Part shown: in pieces, positions 11,580 through 22,429 of the stretch
How the letters are laid out: the number at the start of each line of letters is the position of its first letter
How positions within the stretch are numbered: position 1 is the stretch's first letter
NCBI GenBank assembly: GCA_963728205.1
Contig: CAVSIV010000002.1
Span: 128,001 to 192,000, forward strand
From: an uncultured Chloroflexia bacterium
Lineage (GTDB): Bacteria > Chloroflexota > Dehalococcoidia > UBA2979
Length of the DNA stretch: 64,000 nt
Direction: 5' to 3'
Notes under the pieces: generated by a model
The model's input: the letters and a program-made list of their open reading frames with translations, nothing else
The model's database searches: none
What the model was told of the DNA's origin: nothing
Program-made: the position numbers and the translations under genes

Positions 11580-11758
11580 CGCGTACTCCCTCCAGGGGGG
11601 CGTGGATGGCCCTCCTTCGAGTCTACGAGGGCCGCGCGACCATCCCGGCGCAACGGTCGCCGTCCGTCGACAGCGGGCGCACCAACTCAGCGGCGCCGGA
11701 GAGGGCGCCGATCTGGTGGGCGGCGCGAGCCGCCCCCTCCCTTTCCCCGCCTCTGCCG

Positions 11759-12994
11759 TCAGTCGATGTCGAACGTCAGACGGCCGTGCGCCGCGCGCAG
11801 CGCCGCTTCGACCGCTTCCGGCGTCTCCCCGCGGGCGAAGATGAACCCCAGGTACTCGCTGCCCTCGGGCAGCGGCACGACCTCGCTGCCGGGGTGAATC
11901 GAAATCGTGACCGATTCGATCAGCGGCACGCGCTCCGCCTCCGCGATGCCATGCACGGCGCGCAGCGTGCCTCCCCGCGGGATCGGGATCATCATCACAC
12001 CGGCTGCCGCCGACTGCCGCTCGTAGGACGGCACCTCTGCGCCGATCGCGTGGCGCAGGAGCAACTCCTCGAGCGACATGCCCGTGCCGAAGCTCAGCGT
12101 CCGCGAGCACAGGCCACCGATCGACCGCGCCGCGATGTCGACCGGGTAGACGCCGTCGTCGTTGATCCGCAGCTCCGCGTGCACCGGCCCGTCGAAGAGC
12201 GCCAGCGCGGCACACGCCTGCTCGGTGGCCGCGATCGCCGCCTTCTGCCGTGCCTCGGGCAGCCGCGACGGCGTCACGTAGATCGTCTCTTCGAAGTACG
12301 GGCCCTCCAGCGGGTCGGGCTTGTCGAAGACCGCGAGCACCCGCAGCCTTCCATGATCGAGCAGCCCCTCCAGCGAGACCTCGATGCCGGGGATGTAGCC
12401 CTCCACGAGCAGGCGGTCCACGAGCTCGTGGCCGCACTCGTCGCGCGCGTCGGGTGACTCGAGAATGCGTCGCACGCGCCCGAAAGCCGCGACGAATGCG
12501 TCGGCGTCGTCGGCGCGGATCACGCCCTTGCTCGCGGAAAGCGCGAGCGGCTTCAGCACGACGGGGTACGTCAGGTCCGCGGCGGCCGCGCGGGGATCGT
12601 CGAGCAGCGACACCGCGCGGAACGCGGGCGACGCGATGCCGGCGGCGGCCAGCCGCTCGCGCAGCAGCAGCTTGTTCCGCGTCGCCTCCACGGCCGCGAC
12701 GGGGTTGTAGGGCAGCTCGAGCCGGCGCGCCGCGCGCGCTGCCACCAGCGCACCGCCGTCATCCACCGCCACGATCGTGTCGAGCGGGTGCCGCCCCGCG
12801 AACGCCTCGATCTCGCCGGCGCCGATGTCGGGCTCGGTGAAGTTCAGCCCGAGCGTCCGCCCCTCGGACAGCGATTCCAGCGGACTGCTCGCGTCGGAGC
12901 CGACGACCACCTCGACGCCGAGCTTCGCCGCAGCCTCCATGAAGTCGGGCGCGCGGTAGGAGCGGGTGGGGATCAGGAGCATCACTCGCGGCAC
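11759..12994 (-). CDS. ATP-grasp domain protein (amino-acid-ligase-like)
   Basis: RNKLLLR, YPVVLKPLALSASKGVIR, LVEGYIPGIEVSLE, DKPDPLEGPYFEE, HAELR and DIAARSIGG. Confidence 0.9.
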   Translation of the reverse strand: MPRVMLLIPTRSYRAPDFMEAAAKLGVEVVVGSDASSPLESLSEGRTLGLNFTEPDIGAGEIEAFAGRHPLDTIVAVDDGGALVAARAARRLELPYNPVAAVEATRNKLLLRERLAAAGIASPAFRAVSLLDDPRAAAADLTYPVVLKPLALSASKGVIRADDADAFVAAFGRVRRILESPDARDECGHELVDRLLVEGYIPGIEVSLEGLLDHGRLRVLAVFDKPDPLEGPYFEETIYVTPSRLPEARQKAAIAATEQACAALALFDGPVHAELRINDDGVYPVDIAARSIGGLCSRTLSFGTGMSLEELLLRHAIGAEVPSYERQSAAAGVMMIPIPRGGTLRAVHGIAEAERVPLIESVTISIHPGSEVVPLPEGSEYLGFIFARGETPEAVEAALRAAHGRLTFDID

Positions 12995-13108
12995 AGCGCA
13001 CCTCCCGGTCGGGTTCGGGGCGTGAACGCAAAGCAGCCGGCCCGGGGGCCGGCTGCGATCGTATGCGCATCCGCGCGCCGGCCGCCTCGCGGCCGGCGCA
13101 AAGCGTGG

Positions 13109-13444
13109 CTAGTGGCCGCCGCAGCCGCAGCTGCCGCCGCCGAGCGCCGCCGCGTTCGGCGCCTCGATGGCGAAGCCGGACTGCATCACGTCGTCCACGT
13201 AGTCGATCGACGCGCCCTCGAGCACCGGCGCGGACGCGGAGTCGACGATGAAGGTCAGCGTGCCGACCCGGATCACGGAGTCCTGGTCCGACGCGCTGTC
13301 GAGGCCCATGCCGAACTGCGGCCCGCTGCACGCGCACCCGCCCGACTGGGCGAAGATGCGAATCGCGTGGTCCGGGGTCTCCTCGCGGTCGGCAAGGAGC
13401 GCGCTCAGGCGCTGCTGGGCCAGGTCGGTCACGGTCAGGTTCAT
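13109..13444 (-). CDS. A-type Fe-S carrier (IscA/SufA/ErpA, HesB family)
   Basis: GGCACSG, IDYVDD...GF.I.APN and a C-terminal SCGCG. Confidence 0.9.
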   Translation of the reverse strand: MNLTVTDLAQQRLSALLADREETPDHAIRIFAQSGGCACSGPQFGMGLDSASDQDSVIRVGTLTFIVDSASAPVLEGASIDYVDDVMQSGFAIEAPNAAALGGGSCGCGGH

Positions 13445-13556
13445 GTGGGATTCCCATCGGGTAGCGCGCCCGAAAGCGCAGCGACAGCTTCGCTAATCAC
13501 GTCCCATGATGACGGACCGGGGGAAGGCCTGCAAGGAGCGAGCCTCGCGGCGCCCG

Positions 13557-15725
13557 TCACGCGCCCGCGATCACCGTCAGCAGCTCTTCGCCGAACCGGC
13601 CGACGCGCGCCTCCCCGAGCCCCCATACCTCGAGCAGCGCCGCGTGCGAGGCCGGCCGCGCCGCGACGAGCTCGCGCATCGTGCGATCCGAGAACAGCGT
13701 GTACGCCGGCACGCCTTCCGCTCGCGCGCGCTCCGAGCGCCACCTCCGCAACGCCTCGAACAGCGGGTCGCCGCGCACCGCCTCGATGCCGGGATCCCGC
13801 GAGCCTTCGCCGCCGCCCGCGCTCGCGCTCGACCGGCGCGTCGGCGCAGCTGCCGCCGGCGGCGGCGGCGGCGCCTCCGGGTGCGCCGCGCTCCACTCCG
13901 CGACCACCGCGAGCAGCTCGCGCCCGAACCAGTCGGCGCGCTTCTCGCGGATGCCCCAGACCGTGAGCAGGGCGTCGCGGTCCCGCGGCCGCCGGATCGC
14001 GACCTCGCGCGCCGTCCGCAGCTCGAACACGCGCGACGGGTCGAGCCCGCTGCGCCGCGCGATCTGCTCGCGCACCTCGAGGATCGCGTCGTACAGCTCG
14101 CGGGGGTACTCGATGCGCACGGCCGTGCCCTCGCCCCGGCAGTTGTCGCAGCGGTCGCACCGGTCCGCCGGCGTCTCGCCGAAGTAGCGCAGGATCACCG
14201 CGCGCCGGCAGGTGTCGGTCTCCGCGTACTCCGTCATCTCGCGCAGCCGGCCCTCGGCGTACGCGCGGTGCCGGGTGATCGACGACACGTCGATCGGCGC
14301 GGCCGGGTCGAGCGTCGTCAGCCGCAGCTCCGACGCCTCGAGCAGCCCGCTGTCGCGCAGGGCAGCCACCGTGATCGCGAAGCGGTCGATGTCGTCGTCG
14401 CCGGCGCCGGGAGGTAGCCGCCCGCCGTGCTGCGCGGCGAGCACGACCCAGTGCCGCCACGTGCGGCGCACGGTCGCCTCGTCCGGGTGCGCCTCCTCGA
14501 TCATGCGCTGTGCCAGCCGCCGGTCGCGCTCCGCGTAGAGCAGCACGCACTCGGCCGGGTCGCCGTCGCGGCCGGCGCGCCCGGCCTCCTGGTAGTACGA
14601 CTCGAGGCGGGCGGGCATGTTGTGGTGGATGACATAACGGACATCGGGCTTGTCCACGCCCATGCCGAACGCCGTGGTCGCGACGATTACGGGCAGCTCC
14701 CCGAGCGTGAACCGGCGCTGCACGCTCGAGCGCTCGTTGCGCGGCAGCCCGGCGTGGTAGGCGGCCGCGCCGACGCCGGCCTCGCGCAGCGCCTCGGCGA
14801 CCTCCTCGACGCGCCGCCGCGACCGCGCGTAGACGATGCCGGCCTGCCCGGGGTGGGCGAGCGCGTACTCGACGATCCAGCGCAGCCGCTCCTCGGGCCG
14901 GCTGATCGGCCGCACGACGAAGCTGAGGTTCGGTCGGTCGACGGTGGTGATCACCTCCACCGCGCGGCCGGTAAGGCCGAGCCGTTCGAGGATGTCGCGC
15001 CGCACCTGCGGGTTCGCCGTCGCGGTCAGCGCCAGCGTGCGCGGGGAGCCGAGGCGCTCCCGCACCGAGCCCAGCTGCAGGTAGTCGGGCCGGAAGTTGT
15101 GCCCCCACTCCGAGATGCAGTGCGCCTCGTCGACGGCGAGCAGGTTGACGCCGGCGCGCCGCAGCCCCTCCGTGAAACGCTGGTTCGCGAACCGCTCGGG
15201 CGCGACGTACAGCAGCGAGGTGCGCCCCGCGATGAAGTCCGCGTACCGCCGGTTCTGCTCTTCGCGCCCGAGGTTCGAGTTGATGAACGTCGCTGCGACG
15301 CCGGCTGCCTGCAGCGACTCCACCTGGTCCTGCATCAGCGCGATCAGCGGGGACACGACGACCGTGCGGCCGACCTCGAGCGCCGGCAGCACGTAGCAGA
15401 GGCTCTTGCCGCTGCCGGTGGGCATCACCGCCAGGACGTCGCCGGCGGCGAGCCGCGCGAGCACGTCGGCCTGGCCGTCGCGGAAGTCGGGGTACCCGAA
15501 GGTCTCGCGCAACCGCTGACGATAGCGGTACAGCTCGGCGGGCAGGCGGACGCGCGGAGCGCCGGGAGCGGCGGCCGGCCGGGGAAGGGGGTGTGGCTGC
15601 GGCGCAGCCGCGAGCGCCTCCGCCGGGTGCGGCGGCGCGTCGCCCGCCGGCCGTCCGCAGGCGGGACAAAACGCCGCCGCGGGCGGGACGGCATCGCCGC
15701 ATCCGGGGCACTGAATCGAGATGAT
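13557..15725 (-). CDS. recQ: RecQ family DNA helicase with two HRDC domains and a probable N-terminal zinc ribbon (start uncertain: ATC 15725 or TTG 15512)
   Basis: MPTGSGKS, DEAHC, WGHNFRPDY, FGMGVDK, YYQEAGRAGRDG and CRR...CDRCDNC. The frame stays open upstream through CPGC-x9-CPAC. Confidence 0.9.
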   Translation of the reverse strand: MISIQCPGCGDAVPPAAAFCPACGRPAGDAPPHPAEALAAAPQPHPLPRPAAAPGAPRVRLPAELYRYRQRLRETFGYPDFRDGQADVLARLAAGDVLAVMPTGSGKSLCYVLPALEVGRTVVVSPLIALMQDQVESLQAAGVAATFINSNLGREEQNRRYADFIAGRTSLLYVAPERFANQRFTEGLRRAGVNLLAVDEAHCISEWGHNFRPDYLQLGSVRERLGSPRTLALTATANPQVRRDILERLGLTGRAVEVITTVDRPNLSFVVRPISRPEERLRWIVEYALAHPGQAGIVYARSRRRVEEVAEALREAGVGAAAYHAGLPRNERSSVQRRFTLGELPVIVATTAFGMGVDKPDVRYVIHHNMPARLESYYQEAGRAGRDGDPAECVLLYAERDRRLAQRMIEEAHPDEATVRRTWRHWVVLAAQHGGRLPPGAGDDDIDRFAITVAALRDSGLLEASELRLTTLDPAAPIDVSSITRHRAYAEGRLREMTEYAETDTCRRAVILRYFGETPADRCDRCDNCRGEGTAVRIEYPRELYDAILEVREQIARRSGLDPSRVFELRTAREVAIRRPRDRDALLTVWGIREKRADWFGRELLAVVAEWSAAHPEAPPPPPAAAAPTRRSSASAGGGEGSRDPGIEAVRGDPLFEALRRWRSERARAEGVPAYTLFSDRTMRELVAARPASHAALLEVWGLGEARVGRFGEELLTVIAGA

Positions 15726-15809
15726 CGGTACGGGTCCCCTCGCCTGCAGCCGAGATTCTACCCCGGCGCCGCGGTGCGGGCCCCCGTCGGTTCACGGGCG
15801 GGCGGCGCC

Positions 15810-16616
15810 TCAGGCGGCCTCGGCGAAGATCCCGCGGTACCAGTCGACCTTCTTCTCCAGGCCGTCCGTCCCGCCGAGCGAATCGACGATCGCGAAGTCA
15901 TCGCCGTCTTCGTCGAGCGCCTCCGGCTTCGGACCGCGGACGAGCCCGTCACCGATGCCGAGCAGCTGCGAGATGCGCCGGCCGTTGTACGTCACCCAGG
16001 CGAGCGCCGAGCCCTCGCCGTCATGGTGGCCGGCGATGCCCTCGATGATCCCCTCGGGAAAATTCCAGGCCGTCGCGACCTCGACGCCCCACTCCACGTG
16101 GTCGTAGCCGAACACCGCCCGCTCCGCGTCGCACGGCTCATCGGCGTTTGCCACGCGCGCGACGACCTCGCGGTAGCGCTCGGGCTCCTGCGCGGCCATC
16201 GCGAGCCGGCCGACGTCGTGCAGCAGGCCCGTCGTGAACGACTCCGTGCGCGGTCCGCCGGGCCACGCCGATGCGTCCGACAGCATCGCGGTGGCGAGCA
16301 GGTGCCGCCACATCTCGTCGGTGTCGAGCCCGGCGCGGTCGAGGTCGCGGAACGTCTGGCCGAGCGTCGCGCCGGCGATGATGCGGCGCGTCGACATCAG
16401 GCCGATGCGGACGATGGCGTCGCTCGCCGTCCCGATGCGGCGGACCGCCGTCTGCGCGGCGGCGTTCGCTGCGCGCAGGACGGCCACGGTCAGCGCCGGG
16501 TCGCTCTCGATGACGGCGGCGACGTCGGTGATTGTCGCGTCGTGGCGCGACATCAGCGAGATCGCGCGGGCATGCGTGGCCGGCAGGGTGGGGAGCTTGC
16601 TGGTATTCGCGGTCAC
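15810..16616 (-). CDS. HDOD domain protein
   Basis: LPTLP, IESDPALT..VLR.AN, AIVRIG, GLLHDVGRL, E...FGYDH and W.FP..I...I..HH. Confidence 0.88.
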   Translation of the reverse strand: MTANTSKLPTLPATHARAISLMSRHDATITDVAAVIESDPALTVAVLRAANAAAQTAVRRIGTASDAIVRIGLMSTRRIIAGATLGQTFRDLDRAGLDTDEMWRHLLATAMLSDASAWPGGPRTESFTTGLLHDVGRLAMAAQEPERYREVVARVANADEPCDAERAVFGYDHVEWGVEVATAWNFPEGIIEGIAGHHDGEGSALAWVTYNGRRISQLLGIGDGLVRGPKPEALDEDGDDFAIVDSLGGTDGLEKKVDWYRGIFAEAA

Positions 16617-16803
16617 GGGGCAGTCCCTCGGGGGTGCGTGAGCGCTCCGCCCCCGGGGCGGAGGCATGCGGTCCGATACCGCGATCATCGGTGTCGGCGT
16701 TGATCTCCACAGGTCGCGCCGACCGCGACCTGGCGCGAGCGCGCGCGTTGACCCCCGCGCGCGCCGCCCGGAACATGGACCGGCGGGGATGGATGGAGGC
16801 GGT

Positions 16804-17372
16804 TTGAGTCTGCGCCGCTCGCTGCTGCGTTCGACCGTCGCCCTGGCCCTCGCACTCGCGATCGCCGGCTCCGCCGCCGCCTGTCGCGGCGGCGGCAACG
16901 CCACCCCGTCGCCGACCGCCACCGCCGCTCCGCCGGCGACCCCGACGGCCAGCGCGACCACGGTCGCCGTCACCTCGCTCCACGACGTGAACTTCGAGGA
17001 CCCCGCCCTCGCCGGCCCGCTCATCAACCGCGCCGGCGGCGGCGAGGTGCACGAGAACCGCGTGCGGTTCGCCGACCTGATCGGGGGTGACGGCGTCGAC
17101 GAGGCGGTCGTGATCGTGGACTGGGCGGCACGGCGGGGGAGATCGGTGCGGGCGTCTTCCGGCTCGAGGGCGGACGCCCCGCGTTCGTCCAGTTCCTGCG
17201 CTACCAGGGCAGGCTCGACATTCGCCAGGACCTGGTCGTGACGCTCGAGGGCGTCTACGCGCCGGGTGACCCGGAGTCCAGCCCTTCGCGGCTGCATGAG
17301 ATCGCGTACCGCTGGAACGGCTCGCAATTCGCCGTCTTCACGGACCAGGTGATCGCGAACCCGTCGCGCTGA
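16804..17372 (+). CDS. Secreted lipoprotein (LppP/LprE-like); frameshift near 17122
   Basis: SD GGAGG then TTG; lipobox SAAAC; FADLIGGDGVDEAVV. Adding one base continues the frame as GGTAGEIG...YAPGDPESSPSR...YRWNG, ending at TGA 17372. Confidence 0.65.
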
Positions 17373-17563
17373 CGGGCGCTTGCATCGCAACCGTCGCCTT
17401 GTCACGTTATCCCCGAGTTATCCACGACCTTTGACAAACACGTTTGTTGATGCCACGCCGCGGCGTGGCAGTGTGCGCGTGGTCGCCGCTTTGACAGCCC
17501 CCGCCGAGCGGGAGTGCAATGCGGTCGCGCTCCACAACGATCGGGTCCGGGAGGAGAGGGAGC

Positions 17564-18068
17564 ATGGCCGACTTCGATCTGCGGTCGTCGAGTTTCGTGG
17601 ACGGCGACTACTTCGAGCGCGACTACGTCCTCGCGGAGGAGTATGGCTTCGGCTGTGCGGGCGGGAACGCACTCGCCGCAACTGTCCTGGGGCGAGCCGC
17701 CGGCCGGCACGCAGAGCTTCGCGCTCACCCTGTACGACCCCGATGCGCCGACCGGCAGCGGCTTCTGGCACTGGGTTGTGGTGAACATCCCGGCGAACGT
17801 GCGCGAGCTGCCGCTGGACGCGGGCAACCCCGAGAGTGGCAAGCTGCCGGCGGGCGCGCTTCAGGTGCGCACCGACTTCGGGAAGCCCGGCTACGGCGGC
17901 CCCTGCCCGCCCGCGGGCGACCACCCGCATCGGTATATCTTCACGGTCCACGCGGTCGGGGTAGAACAGCTCTCGGTCACGGCGGACACGTCCGCGGCGG
18001 TGGTCGGCTTCCAGCTGCACTTCAACACGCTGGCCACGGCGGCCCTGATGGGCCTCTACAAGCATTAG
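17564..18068 (+). CDS. YbhB/YbcL family (PEBP/RKIP-like) protein; frameshift near 17669
   Basis: MADFDLRSSSF...GFGCAGGN, then in the other frame SPQLSW, YDPDAPTGSGFWHW and YGGPCPP..DHPHRY. Confidence 0.9.
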
Positions 18069-18084
18069 GGGACGAGGCCGGAGG

Positions 18085-18621
18085 TCAGGTGCCGCGCGAC
18101 CCCGCGTCCGCCTCGGCTTCGGCGGCGGCTTCCGCCTCGAGTTCCGCGAGCCGGCGCTCGAGCGCCAGCGCGCAGCGCGCCGGTTCCGCGATCGCGATCT
18201 CCGAGAGGAGCGCACGCACGGTCCCGCGGCCCCAGGCGCTCTCGTGCGTCTCGCCGAGCCGCTCCTCCAGGCTGCGCGCGAGCGACGCGAGCATGCGGCG
18301 GTCCTGGTCGAGCCGTGCCAGCAGCCCGGGAATCGACGGCGCGGCGTACAGCAGCGCCAGCACGACGCTCGGGTCTCGGTCCTGCCGTCCGCCCGGCGCC
18401 GTCGCGCCGGCGGCCACGCTGCCGAGTGTCGCGGCCACCAGCTCCATCTCCGTCGCGAGCGCCGCCGCGCGCCAGCGCGGCGATCGCCCGTCGCCGTCGG
18501 TGCGCTCCGCGCCGGCCTCGCCCATGCGGCGCAGCGCCGCCGCGATGCGGCGGTGCAGCTCGCCCGACGCCTCCTCGAGCGCGTCGAGCGGAAGCGCGTC
18601 GAAGGCGTTTGTCTGCGCCAT
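18085..18621 (-). CDS. Hypothetical helical protein (possibly DinB-like)
   Basis: SD AAAGGGA and genome-like codon usage; no recognisable catalytic motif. Confidence 0.55.
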   Translation of the reverse strand: MAQTNAFDALPLDALEEASGELHRRIAAALRRMGEAGAERTDGDGRSPRWRAAALATEMELVAATLGSVAAGATAPGGRQDRDPSVVLALLYAAPSIPGLLARLDQDRRMLASLARSLEERLGETHESAWGRGTVRALLSEIAIAEPARCALALERRLAELEAEAAAEAEADAGSRGT

Positions 18622-18698
18622 CGGGCGAGGTCCCTTTCCGCGGGCTCCGGGTCGGCCGCGGCTTCGCGCGGGACTCGTGCACTCGCTACGCTACGCGC

Positions 18699-18926
18699 AT
18701 GAAGCTGGGCCTCGGCGGACATCTTCTCGTGCTGGCCGCGCTCGTCGTCAACCTCTGGTTCGGTGGCGATCTCCTGCAGGCGTGGCTCGGGTGGGATGTG
18801 CGCCAGGTCTTCGAGTTCGCGCTCATCCTCGCGTACATGTGGCTCGTGCTCGGCATCCGCACGCCGCTCCCGTGGCAACGGCGGGACGAACGGGCCGGTC
18901 GCGATGAGGACGGGCGCGGCGCCTGA
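18699..18926 (+). CDS. Small membrane protein (2 TM), probably leaderless
   Basis: MKLGLGGHLLVLAALVVNLWF...FALILAYMWLVLGI. TACGCT lies 6 nt before the ATG. Confidence 0.65.
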   Translation: MKLGLGGHLLVLAALVVNLWFGGDLLQAWLGWDVRQVFEFALILAYMWLVLGIRTPLPWQRRDERAGRDEDGRGA

Positions 18927-18976
18927 CCCGTCGCCGTGGTCGGGCACTCGGAAGCAGCCGGCCGTGGGCCGGTCGT

Positions 18977-19053
18977 GGGCGATTAGCTCAGTTGGCCAGA
19001 GCGTTCGGTTTACACCCGGAAGGTCGGAGGTTCGAGCCCTCCATCGCCCACCA
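18977..19053 (+). tRNA. tRNA-Val(TAC)
   Basis: GGGCGATTAGCTCAG...TTCGGTTTACACCCGGA...GGTTCGAGCCCTCCATCGCCCACCA cloverleaf. Confidence 0.95.
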
Positions 19054-19278
19054 CACGCCCCCGCCACCCGGCGGCGCCGCACTCCCGCTTGTTCGCCCCG
19101 CCCATGCCGCCGAGCCGGCACGGACGACCCGTCGCCCGCCCGCCCGTCCGCGTCCGGGACACGCGTACTCTGTTGATCGTCCTCAGACCGCCCACCTACA
19201 CTCCGCGCGCCCTCGCACCCTGCGGGCCGCCTATCGCACGCACGTCGCACGCGGCGTGACGAGAACCGGGACAGTGCC

Positions 19279-20934
<1,656 letters not shown>

Positions 20935-21086
20935 GTCGGCATTCGCGCGCGGAGCAGCGAGCGGCCGGCCTCTGGCATCGCCGGTCACGGACGACGGACG
21001 CGACGGGCACGCCCGCAACCGGCGAGCAGCGAGCCGCCAGCCCGCTGGTGTCACCTGCCAGGAATGACTGCGTGCGGGAGGACCTC

Positions 21087-21566
21087 ATGCCCGACGTCAT
21101 CGACGACCTAATCCGGGGCGACGCCCAGGCGCGCGCCGAGCTGATGGAGGCGGTCGACGCCCTCACGGCCGAGCGGCGGCGCATCGGCTGGTTCGGCCCC
21201 GAGCAGTGGTCGGTCCACGACATCGTCGCGCACATCGTCGGGTGGCAGGACGGCTTCGCGGCGGCGCTCGAGGCGATGGCCCGCGGCGAGCGCCCGCAGA
21301 TCCCCGGCTTCGCCGGCGGCGATGACTTCGACGCGTTCAACGCCGCGTCGGTCGCGCAGCGCAGCGACCGCTCGTGGGAGCAGCTGATGAGTGAGGCGCG
21401 CGCCGCCCGCGAGCGCCACGAGGCGGCCGTCCGCGGCCTCCGCGGCGCCGTCGATGCCGACCGGATCGTCCCCGGACGCAGCGCCTACAACCTGGCCGAC
21501 ACCGCTGAGCACGATCGCGAGCATGCCAGCGACATCCTCGCGTGGCGTCGCGCGCAGGGCTTCTGA
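21087..21566 (+). CDS. DinB/ClbS-DfsB-like four-helix bundle protein
   Basis: WSVHDIVAHIVGW and EHDREH. SD GGAGG. Confidence 0.75.
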   Translation: MPDVIDDLIRGDAQARAELMEAVDALTAERRRIGWFGPEQWSVHDIVAHIVGWQDGFAAALEAMARGERPQIPGFAGGDDFDAFNAASVAQRSDRSWEQLMSEARAARERHEAAVRGLRGAVDADRIVPGRSAYNLADTAEHDREHASDILAWRRAQGF

Positions 21567-21610
21567 GCCCCACCCGCAGATGAGAGGCCGAGTGAGATGA
21601 GGAGCCCCCG

Positions 21611-22429
21611 ATGATCGATCGCGTCCACCACGTCGGCGTCGTCGTGCACGATGCCGATGCCGCCCTCGGCTTCTTCCGCGACGTCATGGGACTGCAGGTC
21701 ACCGAGGACCGCGTGATCGACGAGCAGGGCGTCCGCGGCGTGCTCCTCGCGCTCGGCGAGAACGAGATCGAGCTGCTCCAGCCGACCCGCGACGACACCG
21801 GCGTGGCGCGCTTCCTGGAGAGCCGCGGGCAGACGCTGCACCACATCTGCTTCAACACCGACGACGTCGCCGGCGAGCTCGCGCGTCTGACGGCGGCCGG
21901 CGTCGAGCTGATCGATGAGGCGCCGCGCGACGGCCTTGCCGGCCGCATCGCGTTCGCGCATCCGAAGTCGGTGCACGGCGTGCTCGTGGAGTTCGCGCAG
22001 CCACCGGCGGGCGCGCACACGTCGACGGCGAAGGGGTTCGACCACCTGGCGGTCACCGTCGCGGACTACGCGGCCGCGCAGGAGACCTGGAAGCGCGTCG
22101 CCGGCCTCACGGTCAGCGGCGAGATCCGGCCCGAGGGCCGCGGCATGGTGATCGGCCAGCTGCGCTGCGGGCAGTGCGTGATCGAGCTGCTCGCGCCAAC
22201 GTCGCCCGACTCGCCGATGGCGCAACGCGTCGCCGAGCAGGGGGAGCGCGCGGCGTCAATGGTCGCCATCGAGGTTTCCGATATCGCGGCCGAGATCGCC
22301 CGGTACCGCGCGCAGGGCTTCACGCTGCCCGACGCAGCGCCGGGTGCGCTCCCGAATTCGGTGACGTCGACGCTCTCGGCCGAGCAGGCGTTCGGCCTCG
22401 CAATCCAGCTGATTCAGTTCAACCCGTAG
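21611..22429 (+). CDS. mce: Methylmalonyl-CoA epimerase with a second, degenerate VOC domain
   Basis: HHVGVVV, IELLQP, LHHICF, AFAHPKSVHGVLVEF, followed by a second VOC repeat (FDHLAVTV...IELLAP). Confidence 0.85.
   Translation: MIDRVHHVGVVVHDADAALGFFRDVMGLQVTEDRVIDEQGVRGVLLALGENEIELLQPTRDDTGVARFLESRGQTLHHICFNTDDVAGELARLTAAGVELIDEAPRDGLAGRIAFAHPKSVHGVLVEFAQPPAGAHTSTAKGFDHLAVTVADYAAAQETWKRVAGLTVSGEIRPEGRGMVIGQLRCGQCVIELLAPTSPDSPMAQRVAEQGERAASMVAIEVSDIAAEIARYRAQGFTLPDAAPGALPNSVTSTLSAEQAFGLAIQLIQFNP

Noticed and set aside
17400-17520. Replication origin
   Set aside because: Only two imperfect DnaA boxes, no dnaA/dnaN nearby and no clear unwinding element.
5955-19053. Genomic island integrated at tRNA-Met or tRNA-Val
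   Set aside because: No integrase, no duplicated tRNA 3' end and no obvious compositional shift.
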